Positions 1 to 8,340 of a stretch of DNA of 64,000 nucleotides are shown piece by piece. Each line of letters opens with the position of its first letter. Position 1 is the stretch's first letter. The position numbers were made by a program, and so were the translations under genes. Under the pieces are notes generated by a model. The model made no database searches. It saw nothing but the letters and a program-made list of their open reading frames with translations, and was not told where the DNA came from. The DNA is from Bacteroidales bacterium (GTDB lineage: Bacteria; Bacteroidota; Bacteroidia; Bacteroidales; UBA932). The stretch covers positions 70,828 to 134,827 of the forward strand of contig JAFRRW010000013.1 in assembly GCA_017427885.1 (NCBI GenBank), read 5' to 3'.

Positions 1-2614
1 TCTTCGAGAATGTCGGGGCGCCGAACTTCGCGGGGTCGAAGGTCGTCTGGGTACGGATCCCACCCATTACATCCCACGTCGCCGATGATGCGAATCCCAG
101 GAATCCCAGTCCCCGTGTGCTCATCACGGCGTTCTTTCGGACATAATAGACATGCGATAGAGAAGTCCCTCCGGTAACCGGCGCCCCGGTGCCGTCACCC
201 ATGAATGTCTCCTCGGCGCACAGCGTCCGCACAGGGGAGGAGAGGCGGGCCAGACCCTGGGCGGGGTCCGGGACGTAGGAGGCGTCTACGATATACTGCC
301 ACGGTTCCTGCTGTCCGGGCTGGGGAGAGGACATGAGGCCCCCGTAGGTATTCTCGGTCGTGTTGCCGAATCCATCCATCGAGACGGCCACTGTCCGCAG
401 GTTGTAGCTCAGCGCCGGGTCGGTGAAGAAGACCGCCTTCGCCCCGGACAGCATCATCACGTGGCTGGCGGAGCCCGTCTCCGTGGTGTTGAGGGGCACC
501 ATGCTCATCCCGGACGGCCTTGCCGCGGAGTACTCCTGGGCAGGATAGAACGTCGTCCCGTTCCTATTGATGCAGGCCGTGACCATGAGGCTCCCCGCCT
601 TCACGAAATCCGCAAGGCCGTCACGGTTGACATCCATGAAGAGGGCGTCGTCCTTGTCCCGGTCGATCGTCCCCACGTAGACCGTCCTGCTTATGAAGCC
701 CGTGCCAGTGAAGAGCCTCGCATTCCATGCGAAGTCCGAGACGGAGGACGGCGCGGTGAGGATGTCGGGGTAGCCGTCCCCGTTCACGTCGGCGATGAAG
801 TTCCGGGCGGACGAGTCCGCATAGGGGTTGCCGCCTCCCCAGCCGTAGGTGGTGTCAAGCGCCAGGTCACCGGAGTCCTTCACGGTGTAGGAGGCGAGGC
901 CACCCGAGGCGGGAAGGCACACCTCGGTCCTGCCGTCGCGGTTGATGTCCAGCACCAGCAGGGGAGAGTTCCATGCCAGGCCGGAGGGCATGGCCTTCTC
1001 GCCTACCTTGGTCAACGTCGGGAGGTCAATCAGCGCGGCGTAGGACGTGCCGTAAGAACTCGTGGTGGTGAGCATCTGGACGTGGCCGCAGCCAGTGAAG
1101 TCCCCGAAATAATACCTCCTCTCGGAACGCTTGGAATTGGTATAGGACACCCTCCCCTTCACGTAGACGCTGCCGGAAGACTGCTGGACCACGGCCGTCC
1201 CGTTGTACCGGTATCTGGTGATGGTGAGGGCCACGTCCTGTCCGCTCTGCGCTCCGAAGTTGACCTTCACCAGTTCGTCGGTGCCGTTGCCGTCCGCATC
1301 GACCGGAGTGATGAGCTGGAATCCGTTCCCCGTCGTCACGTTGGTGCACAGGCTTACGATGTTGCCGATCAGGGGAGGCGGGGCGACGGCGATGGCCAGG
1401 CCGGTGGGGTATCCGCTGCCGTTGTTGCCACCCGTCGCGTCGTACTGGTTATACCTTGCATGGAAGACCAGGCCGTCGTCGAAGGACCCCTCAAGGATCT
1501 TCCCCCTCCCGATGACAAGGTCGGTCCCGGTGTAGCCGGCGGAGAAAAAGGATGTGGACGACTGGAGGGAATGCTGGGTGGTGGTGGAGCTGTCGTCGTA
1601 TGAGAAGACGACGGGCTGGAGGGGCACCCCTTCCCTGGAGCAGTCCACCCGGGTCAGGACCCACACGTCATCCCTCAAGGTGTGCCTGAGGTCGTACCTC
1701 GCGAGCGTGTCCGTCCCCTCCAGGCAGGAGATCCGCTTGAGAAGGGCGTCGGCCGCAGTGTAACTTCCAGCGTGGTACGTCTCCGGAACGTCGTCCCTTG
1801 TCACATATGAGAACACGATGCTGGATGTGCAGGACGCGGCGGTCTTCCCGCCGTAGCGTATCCTCGTCGGCAGTTCGCGGCCATGGCCGAAAAGGGAGTA
1901 TTCATACAGTATGAGGTTGCCGTTGCGGTCTTCGGTCCGGTAAATGGGAACGACAGCGCCCACGCCAACGGCCCCGTTCCCGTACGTCAGCCTCCTCCCG
2001 TCGGGACTCAGGGCCTGGAACTCCAATAGCCCGGGGGAGACGAAGACGTTGCCCCGGGCGGTCCTGAGGGTGTAGGAACCCATGCCCTCCTGCGTGTGCT
2101 GCACAAGCGGCATCCCGTCGAGGGCCCACACGGGGTTGTTTGTTGCGGATGCCGCTACTGTCGTGTCGTTGTAGTACGGAGTCCTGTTCGCCGCAGTTAT
2201 CGTCGAGAGGCCGCCTATCTCCCAGCCGTAGCCGGCGGCTCCGTGGCGTCCCTGGCTGTTGTATTCAAGGGAGACGACCGGGGCCCCTCCGGGAGCGTCC
2301 GTGGTCATGATGGGGATGGAGTAGGTCCTCGCTCCGGAAGCGGATACCCCGGCGGTCACCGGGACGGTCCCCACATAGCCGGAAAGGATCCTGGTGCCGG
2401 ATCTGATTTCGCTCGTGACCTTCCTCTCCGCTTCAAGCCTCCTCACGGCATTGTCCACGCTGTCAAGCATGGAATCCATGCTGACGATCCTTCCGGAAAG
2501 CCCGGAGTCCGGACCGTCTTGGGCGGATATGGCTGAACATGAGAAGAATACCCGGAGCGCCGAAACGAAAAGGCGTGGCAGGAAAACGGACGGGAAGGTA
2601 CGGCTAGTCATCAT
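1..2614 (-). CDS. SpvB/TcB-like N-terminal domain + FG-GAP repeat protein (Tc toxin B / RHS-type), 3' end outside window
   Basis: Hand-translated segments from ATG at 2614: MMTSRTFPSVF...GARTYSIPI...VSLEYNSQGRHGAAGYGWEIGGLSTI...EDRNGNLILYEY...DADGNGTDELVKV...GLGFLGF...FDPAKFG. The ORF track lists no stop-terminated ORF in this frame, consistent with the frame being open to the window edge. Confidence 0.8.
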   Translation of the reverse strand, partial: MMTSRTFPSVFLPRLFVSALRVFFSCSAISAQDGPDSGLSGRIVSMDSMLDSVDNAVRRLEAERKVTSEIRSGTRILSGYVGTVPVTAGVSASGARTYSIPIMTTDAPGGAPVVSLEYNSQGRHGAAGYGWEIGGLSTITAANRTPYYNDTTVAASATNNPVWALDGMPLVQHTQEGMGSYTLRTARGNVFVSPGLLEFQALSPDGRRLTYGNGAVGVGAVVPIYRTEDRNGNLILYEYSLFGHGRELPTRIRYGGKTAASCTSSIVFSYVTRDDVPETYHAGSYTAADALLKRISCLEGTDTLARYDLRHTLRDDVWVLTRVDCSREGVPLQPVVFSYDDSSTTTQHSLQSSTSFFSAGYTGTDLVIGRGKILEGSFDDGLVFHARYNQYDATGGNNGSGYPTGLAIAVAPPPLIGNIVSLCTNVTTGNGFQLITPVDADGNGTDELVKVNFGAQSGQDVALTITRYRYNGTAVVQQSSGSVYVKGRVSYTNSKRSERRYYFGDFTGCGHVQMLTTTSSYGTSYAALIDLPTLTKVGEKAMPSGLAWNSPLLVLDINRDGRTEVCLPASGGLASYTVKDSGDLALDTTYGWGGGNPYADSSARNFIADVNGDGYPDILTAPSSVSDFAWNARLFTGTGFISRTVYVGTIDRDKDDALFMDVNRDGLADFVKAGSLMVTACINRNGTTFYPAQEYSAARPSGMSMVPLNTTETGSASHVMMLSGAKAVFFTDPALSYNLRTVAVSMDGFGNTTENTYGGLMSSPQPGQQEPWQYIVDASYVPDPAQGLARLSSPVRTLCAEETFMGDGTGAPVTGGTSLSHVYYVRKNAVMSTRGLGFLGFASSATWDVMGGIRTQTTFDPAKFGAPTFSK

Positions 2615-2724
2615 TCAGGTTACTAAATCGTTCCAAAGGTAGTAATAAACGGGCATTGTTCAAAGACTCTGCATTTGAACAATACAACAAACAATGTGAG
2701 TGAAGGTTCTTTGCCTGCCACTTT

Positions 2725-2803
2725 CCCGAAGGGGACATCACCATAAGCGAGCATTGCGGCGGCAGCCGTGTATTCTGGGAGCGTTGGGGATGTCCCCTGC
2801 GGG
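2725..2803 (+). repeat. Structured palindromic element family 1, copy A
   Basis: CCCGAAGGGGACATCACCA / TGGGGATGTCCCCTGCGGG arms around the core TAAGCGAGCATTGCGGC-GGCA-GCCGTGTATTCTGGGAGCGT. Confidence 0.9.
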
Positions 2804-2816
2804 GGGTGGGTGAGTT

Positions 2817-2874
2817 CATAAGCGAGCAATGCGGCGACAGCCGTGTATTCTGGGAGTGTCGGGGATGTCCCCTT
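2817..2874 (+). repeat. Family 1 copy B (core + right arm only)
   Basis: CATAAGCGAGCAATGCGGCGACAGCCGTGTATTCTGGGAGTGTCGGGGATGTCCCCTT, with no left arm. Confidence 0.9.
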
Positions 2875-3007
2875 TACAAATAATGATTATTCGGAGAGTT
2901 TCAGGGGGTGTGGTTATGTTTTTTCAAATCTCTCTCAATCCTGTAATATTTCTGTTTCATCGGAACGGTAGGGAAGGCTGGTAACCGGGATGGTTTCTTT
3001 GGGGCAG

Positions 3008-3123
3008 TGTCACGAAATGAATGATACGGCCATTTCGTTCATTTCGTGACAAGGAAATCAGCTATTTCCGGCTTTATGCTGCCTCGAAATGAATAAAACA
3101 CACTCTACGTTCATTCCGTGACA
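3008..3123. repeat. Two tandem 14-16-14 inverted repeats (family 2)
   Basis: TGTCACGAAATGAA-N16-TTCATTTCGTGACA (3008-3051, perfect) and TGCCTCGAAATGAA-N16-TTCATTCCGTGACA (3080-3123). Confidence 0.85.
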
Positions 3124-3152
3124 GCGGGGACCATGGGGACCAGTTCCGGAGC

Positions 3153-3200
3153 GGCGGAAATATCCGGCGAAGCCTTTTTCAGCGAGTCGGAATTTCTGCC
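3153..3200 (+). repeat. Bulged hairpin family 3, copy 1
   Basis: GGCGGAAAT-A-TCCGGC..GC-CTTTTTCA-GC..GTCGGA-ATTTCTGCC, homologous to 35485-35532. Confidence 0.75.
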
Positions 3201-3224
3201 CGACGGTAATATGACGATTCCGGT

Positions 3225-3303
3225 CCCGGAGGGGACATCCCCATAAGTGAGCATTGCGGCGGCGGCCGTGTATTCTGCGAGCGTCGGGGATGTCCCCTCC
3301 GGG
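3225..3303 (+). repeat. Family 1 copy C
   Basis: Perfect 18-bp inverted arms CCCGGAGGGGACATCCCC (3225-3242) / GGGGATGTCCCCTCCGGG (3286-3303) around the same core. Confidence 0.92.
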
Positions 3304-3316
3304 GGAGTCCTTTTGA

Positions 3317-4702
3317 CTAACCCATGGAAAGGGACTTCAGGTACTCGTCAATCGTTTTGGCGGCCTTCCGGCCGGCGCCCATGGCAAGGATGACGGTGGC
3401 GGCTCCGGTGACGGCGTCTCCGCCGGCGAAGATACCGGGTTTTGTGGTGGCCCCGTCTTCCGTGGCCACGAGACCACCCCTTCGGGTTGTCTCAAGACCG
3501 GGAGTCGTCTTTGCAATCAAGGGATTGGGAGAGGTGCCGAGAGCCATTATGACAGTGTCGCATTCCACATCGAATTCGCTCCCGGCCACAGGTACAGGGC
3601 TGCGGCGGCCGCTGGCGTCAGGCTCTCCAAGTTCCATCCTTATACATCTCATTGCCTTTACCCAGCCGTTTTCGTCTCCCTCGATTTCCACAGGGTTGGT
3701 AAGCATCCTGAATTCTATGCCTTCCTCCTTTGCGTGGTGGACTTCCTCTTTCCTCGCGGGCAGTTCGTTTTCGGTCCGGCGATAGACTATCGTCACCTCG
3801 CTGCCGAGCCTGAGGGCGGTCCTAGCAGCATCCATGGCCACGTTTCCTCCGCCGACCACGCAGACTTTCCTTCCGACGTGTATGGGGGTGGCATAGTCCG
3901 GCCTGAAGGCCTGCATGAGGTTGTTGCGGGTGAGGAATTCATTGGCCGAGAACACACCGTTGAGATTCTCTCCGGGGATGCCCATGAAGCGGGGGAGTCC
4001 GGCCCCGGTGCCCACGAAAACGGCCTTGAAGCCTTCCTTGTCCATAAGCGACTCTATGGTCACTGTACGTCCGATGATGACATCGGTCTCGATCTTGACG
4101 CCGAGGGAAGTCACCTCGTCGATTTCCTTCTGCAAGACCTTCTCCTTCGGAAGCCTGAATTCCGGAATACCATAGGCCAGGACGCCTCCGGCCTTGTGCA
4201 GGGCCTCGAAAATGGTCACGTCGTAGCCCCATTTAGCCAGGTCGGCGGCGCAGGCCAGTCCGGCCGGTCCGGAACCGATGACTGCGACCTTGACGCCGGA
4301 GGTAGTCTCCGACAGACCTGGAGCAATGGTCTTGTTGTCCGCAACGAACCTTTCGAGTTTGCCGATAGCAACGGGTTCGCCCTTTACGCCGAGGATGCAT
4401 TGACCCTCGCACTGGGTTTCCTGCGGGCATACGCGGCCGCATACAGCGGGGAGGGAAGAGTCTTTTGCTATGATGGCGGCGGCTCCCTCGATGTCTCCGG
4501 CGGCCACCTGGGCGATGAATTCGGGAATCTGGATGTTCACCGGGCAGCCTGTGACGCAGCGGGGATTCTTGCAATGCAGGCAGCGGCTCGCCTCGAGCAT
4601 CGCCTCCTCCTTATCGTATCCGTAAGATACTTCTTCGAAATTGTGCGCACGCACTTTCGGGTCCTGTTCCCTGACAGGCACTCTGGGTATCCTATTTGCC
4701 AT
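3317..4702 (-). CDS. nfnB: NfnB/SudA (GltD-like, often annotated homotetrameric NADPH glutamate synthase), FAD/4Fe-4S
   Basis: RCLHCKNPRCVTGCP, GRVCPQETQCE, GSGPAG and GGGNVAMD motifs. Adjacent to an nfnA-like gene. Confidence 0.85.
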   Translation of the reverse strand: MANRIPRVPVREQDPKVRAHNFEEVSYGYDKEEAMLEASRCLHCKNPRCVTGCPVNIQIPEFIAQVAAGDIEGAAAIIAKDSSLPAVCGRVCPQETQCEGQCILGVKGEPVAIGKLERFVADNKTIAPGLSETTSGVKVAVIGSGPAGLACAADLAKWGYDVTIFEALHKAGGVLAYGIPEFRLPKEKVLQKEIDEVTSLGVKIETDVIIGRTVTIESLMDKEGFKAVFVGTGAGLPRFMGIPGENLNGVFSANEFLTRNNLMQAFRPDYATPIHVGRKVCVVGGGNVAMDAARTALRLGSEVTIVYRRTENELPARKEEVHHAKEEGIEFRMLTNPVEIEGDENGWVKAMRCIRMELGEPDASGRRSPVPVAGSEFDVECDTVIMALGTSPNPLIAKTTPGLETTRRGGLVATEDGATTKPGIFAGGDAVTGAATVILAMGAGRKAAKTIDEYLKSLSMG

Positions 4703-5537
4703 AATTCTCCATTGCGGCCGCCTCCTCCGGCCTGTATTGGCGCGAACGCCTCATTGCTTCATCCCAGTCGACAAGGGCCCCGTCGAATTCAGGACCGTCC
4801 ACGCAAGCGAATTTGGTCTCTCCGCCGACGGACACCCTGCAGGCCCCGCACATCCCGGTTCCGTCCACCATCAGGGAGTTCATGCTCACCTGGATGGGAA
4901 TTCCGAGTTTCTTGCAGGTCAGGGTGGAGAATTTCATCATTATCATCGGGCCGATGGCCACCGCGTGGGTGTATTCCTTCCCTGAAGCGACCAGTTCCTC
5001 AAGCTGCGCCGTGCCAACTCCCTTGAAGCCCTTCGAACCGTCGTCGGTGCAGAGGTAGAGGTTGTCGCAGGCGGAAGAGAGTTCCTCGGTGTATATGAGA
5101 AGGCTCTCCATCCTGGCCCCTACGATGACGTCCACGGGCACTCCGTGGTCGTGCAGCCATTTGGCCTGGGGATAGACCGGGGCGGTGCCGAGGCCGCCTC
5201 CGATGAACACGTAACTCCGGCCCTTGAGTTCCTCGGGGGTGGCGTGGACGAATTCGGAAGGGTTCCCGAGAGGACCCACCACGTCGGCGTAGAAGTCTCC
5301 TTCGGAGAAGTCTTCCACCATATGGTGGGTGGACGCCCCGATGAGCTGTATCACGACGGTCACGGTTCCCTTAATGGGGTCGGAGTCGCTGATTGTGAGA
5401 GGGATACGCTCACCTTTCTCGTCGGGACGGATGATGAGGAACTGCCCCGGAAGGGCCGCAGCGGCAACCCTCGGGGCCTCCACCACAAGTTTGCCGATGG
5501 TGGGATTGAGCATCCGTTTTTCAAGAATCTTGAACAT
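4692..5537 (-). CDS. nfnA: NfnA/SudB ferredoxin-NADP reductase-like subunit with 2Fe-2S cluster
   Basis: ERIPLTI, GGGLGTAP and MVDGTGMCGACRV...FACVDGPEFD motifs. Confidence 0.85.
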   Translation of the reverse strand: MFKILEKRMLNPTIGKLVVEAPRVAAAALPGQFLIIRPDEKGERIPLTISDSDPIKGTVTVVIQLIGASTHHMVEDFSEGDFYADVVGPLGNPSEFVHATPEELKGRSYVFIGGGLGTAPVYPQAKWLHDHGVPVDVIVGARMESLLIYTEELSSACDNLYLCTDDGSKGFKGVGTAQLEELVASGKEYTHAVAIGPMIMMKFSTLTCKKLGIPIQVSMNSLMVDGTGMCGACRVSVGGETKFACVDGPEFDGALVDWDEAMRRSRQYRPEEAAAMENYGK

Positions 5538-5562
5538 CTGTCAGTCGTTTTATATATATAAT

Positions 5563-6429
5563 TTACAATCTTGCTGTTACTGCGGCTGCTTTGGCCGCCG
5601 CTTCGGCGAAATCCTTCCCGGAGGAGGCGTAGATTATCGCCCTTGACGAGTTGATGATCAGGCCTCCGCGGGAATTGGCCCCATTTGCGATGACTTCTTC
5701 GGCGCTGCCTCCCTGTGCCCCCACACCCGGAACCAGGAGGAAATTGTCGGGGCAGAAGGTCCTTATTTCCTTGAAAACCTCCGCCTTTGTCGCTCCCGCG
5801 ACGAACATCAGGTTCTCAGGCGTCGACACCTCCATCATCTTCTCCATTACTGTCCTGTACAGAGGCTGGAGGGTACTCCCCTCCGAGCGGAATTTCCCAT
5901 AATCTTCTGACGCGAGGGGGGAGTGCCCTCCGGCCCCGGCCACAGCCTGTTGCTCGAAATCGGACGAGCCCGGGTTGGAGGAAAGGGCGACGGAGATGGC
6001 GTAGCGTCCGGGATAATCGAGGAAGGGGAGGACGGTCTCCACACCCATATATGGGGAGAGGGTGACGGCGTCGAAGTCGTAGGTTTCGAAGAAAGTCCTT
6101 GCGTACAGGCGGGCGGTGTTACCTATGTCACCCCTCTTTGCATCGGCAATGATGAATTTGTCAGGATGTTTGGACCTGATATGATCCACCGTATCCTCCA
6201 GTACTTTCATCCCTTCCGGCCCCAGTGCCTCGTAGAATGCCAGATTCGGCTTGTAGGAGATGCAGAAAGGTGCGGTCGCGTCTATGATCTCCTTGTTGAA
6301 CCTGAGTACGGACTGCGCGGCGGAACCCCCCTTGATACAGTCGGGAAGCCGCTGATAATCGGTGTCCAGGCCGACGCAGAGGAAGCTGCGACGGTCCAGG
6401 ATACGGGAATGCAGTTCGTCAGTCGTCAT
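5563..6429 (-). CDS. pyrF: Orotidine-5'-phosphate decarboxylase, carrying a ~24-aa palindrome-derived insert
   Basis: [35 protein letters not shown] and [10 protein letters not shown] motifs. Confidence 0.95.
   Translation of the reverse strand: MTTDELHSRILDRRSFLCVGLDTDYQRLPDCIKGGSAAQSVLRFNKEIIDATAPFCISYKPNLAFYEALGPEGMKVLEDTVDHIRSKHPDKFIIADAKRGDIGNTARLYARTFFETYDFDAVTLSPYMGVETVLPFLDYPGRYAISVALSSNPGSSDFEQQAVAGAGGHSPLASEDYGKFRSEGSTLQPLYRTVMEKMMEVSTPENLMFVAGATKAEVFKEIRTFCPDNFLLVPGVGAQGGSAEEVIANGANSRGGLIINSSRAIIYASSGKDFAEAAAKAAAVTARL
5864..5935 (+). repeat. 72-bp palindromic element inserted in frame in pyrF (family 1 relative)
   Basis: GGCTGGAGGGTACTCCCCTCCG / CGAGGGGGGAGTGCCCTCCGGCC, a ~22-bp stem with three G-T pairs. 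Confidence 0.85.
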
Positions 6430-7646
6430 TTGATGTTCGCGAGTCTGGATTGTGCGTATTTGAGGGTTACGGTGAAGGTCTTGCGACCGGAGGAAGGGGC
6501 TTCGAACATGGCGTCGTCGAAGATCTGCTCGCAGATGGACCTCAGGCCGCGGGCTCCCATCTTATTCTTGATGGCGGTGTCGACGATGAGTTCCTTGACC
6601 CCCTCGTCAATCTTGAGAGTCATCCCGTCGAGTTCGAAAAGCTTGCGGTACTGCTTGAGAACGGCGTTCTTGGGTTCGGTGAGGATCCTCAGCAAGGCGT
6701 CGCGGTCAAGGCTGTCCAGGTAAGTTATGACCGGAAGTCGGCCGATTATCTCAGGGATCAGGCCGTACGACCTCATATCTTGGGCGTCGACGTACTGGAG
6801 AAGGTTGTTCTTGTCAACCTTCTGTTTCTTGGCGGCGTCGAAGCCTATTACCTGGGTGTTGAGCCTCTGTGCTATCTTCCTTTCGATTCCCTCGAAGGCG
6901 CCTCCGCAGATGAAGAGGATGTTTTCCGTGTTCACGTGGATGAAATCCTGCTCAGGATGCTTCCTGCCGCCCTTCGGGGGGACGTTCACGATGTTCCCTT
7001 CAAGGATTTTCAGCAGAGCCTGCTGCACCCCTTCGCCGGAAACGTCCCTGGTAATGGAAGGGTTGTCGCTCTTGCGGGCAATCTTGTCTATCTCGTCGAT
7101 GAAGACGATGCCGCGTTCTGCCTTCGCCAGGTCGTAGTCCGCTTCCTGCAGCAGCCTGGTCAGGAGGCTCTCCACATCTTCTCCCACATAGCCGGCTTCC
7201 GTCAGCACGGTGGCGTCCACGATGGTGAAGGGCACGTCGAGCATCCTGGCTATGGTCTTGGCCAGCAAGGTCTTGCCCGTGCCTGTCGGGCCCACGAGGA
7301 GGATGTTGGACTTCTCCAGTTCCACCCCGTCTCCGCTCTTGTCCACCAGGTTGTGGTTGATTCTCTTGTAATGGTTGTACACTGCCACGGAAAGGACCTT
7401 CTTCGCCCTGTCCTGGCCTATGACGTACTGGTCCAGGAATTCCTTTATCTCCTTGGGTTTCAGCAGGCTGTCTATCCTTCCAGGCTCGCTTTTCTTCTCC
7501 TTCTCCATTCCGGAGAGGTAGTCGCCGGCCAGCTTGATGCAGTCGCTGCATATACACCCGTCGAGACCCTGCAGCAGCATCGGGACTTCGTCCTCGCCGC
7601 GGCCGCAGAACGCGCAGTGCCTTTTATCTTTCTTAGTAGTTGACAT
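6426..7646 (-). CDS. clpX: ATP-dependent Clp protease ATP-binding subunit ClpX
   Basis: N-terminal CxxC..CxxC zinc domain, [16 protein letters not shown] and [10 protein letters not shown]. Confidence 0.97.
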   Translation of the reverse strand: MSTTKKDKRHCAFCGRGEDEVPMLLQGLDGCICSDCIKLAGDYLSGMEKEKKSEPGRIDSLLKPKEIKEFLDQYVIGQDRAKKVLSVAVYNHYKRINHNLVDKSGDGVELEKSNILLVGPTGTGKTLLAKTIARMLDVPFTIVDATVLTEAGYVGEDVESLLTRLLQEADYDLAKAERGIVFIDEIDKIARKSDNPSITRDVSGEGVQQALLKILEGNIVNVPPKGGRKHPEQDFIHVNTENILFICGGAFEGIERKIAQRLNTQVIGFDAAKKQKVDKNNLLQYVDAQDMRSYGLIPEIIGRLPVITYLDSLDRDALLRILTEPKNAVLKQYRKLFELDGMTLKIDEGVKELIVDTAIKNKMGARGLRSICEQIFDDAMFEAPSSGRKTFTVTLKYAQSRLANIK

Positions 7647-8322
7647 TCATTCTTTTCTGTTTCACCAGTATCTCGTCCACCATTCCGTAGTCCTTCGCTT
7701 CCTGCGCAGTCATCCAGAAATCCCTGTCGGCGTCGGCGAAGACCTTGTTATAGGGCTGCCCGGAATGCTGAGAGATGATCTCATAGAGTTCCTTGCGGGT
7801 CTTCTCTATCTCCTTGGCCGCGATCATGATGTCGGAGGCCTGGCCCTGGGCCCCTCCGAGGGGCTGGTGGATCAGGACCCTGGAGTGGGGGAGGCAGGAG
7901 CGCTTGCCCTTGGCTCCGGCGCACAGGAGGACCGATCCCATCGATGCCGCCATTCCGGTGCAGATGGTCGCCACGTCGGGCTCGACGAGCTGCATCGTGT
8001 CATAGATGCCGAGTCCTGACGTCACCTGCCCTCCGGGAGTGTTGAGATAGAGGGAGATGTCGGCGTTGCTGTCGGTGGAGGCAAGGAAGAGGAGCTGGGC
8101 CTGGATGATGTTGGCCACGTCGTCGTCGATGGGGACACCGAGGAAAATGATCCTGTCCATCATAAGGCGGGAGAAAACGTCCATGCTTGCAACGTTCAGC
8201 TTGCGCTCTTCGATGATAGTAGGGTTGATGTAGGTGTCGGTGGCGCTGCGGTACCTGTCGAGGGTGAGGGAACTGATACCCCTTCCCAGCGTTGCGTATT
8301 TTTCGAATTCGTTGTTGCTCAT
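7633..8322 (-). CDS. clpP: ATP-dependent Clp protease proteolytic subunit
   Basis: [20 protein letters not shown] and IHQP motifs. Confidence 0.97.
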   Translation of the reverse strand: MSNNEFEKYATLGRGISSLTLDRYRSATDTYINPTIIEERKLNVASMDVFSRLMMDRIIFLGVPIDDDVANIIQAQLLFLASTDSNADISLYLNTPGGQVTSGLGIYDTMQLVEPDVATICTGMAASMGSVLLCAGAKGKRSCLPHSRVLIHQPLGGAQGQASDIMIAAKEIEKTRKELYEIISQHSGQPYNKVFADADRDFWMTAQEAKDYGMVDEILVKQKRMNVNY

Positions 8323-8340
8323 ATCGTAAACGGTTGATTT

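Noticed and set aside
461-2829. Listed + strand ORFs over the toxin-like gene and short ORFs spanning the repeats (2604-2819, 2623-2829)
   Set aside because: Antisense shadows of a GC-rich gene, or chance frames through repeats, with no protein motifs
2731-3231. Copies A and C are exactly 500 bp apart
   Set aside because: Single observation with no periodicity elsewhere. The copies differ in sequence, so this is not an assembly duplicate. Treated as coincidence.
2725-3303. Family-1 or family-2 repeats as a CRISPR array
   Set aside because: Too few units, irregular spacing, long internal structure and no cas genes in the window
3225-3303. Family 1 as a known self-cleaving ribozyme or group II intron domain V
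   Set aside because: I could not find hammerhead, twister, pistol, HDV or domain V consensus motifs on either strand by eye. An Rfam search is still needed.
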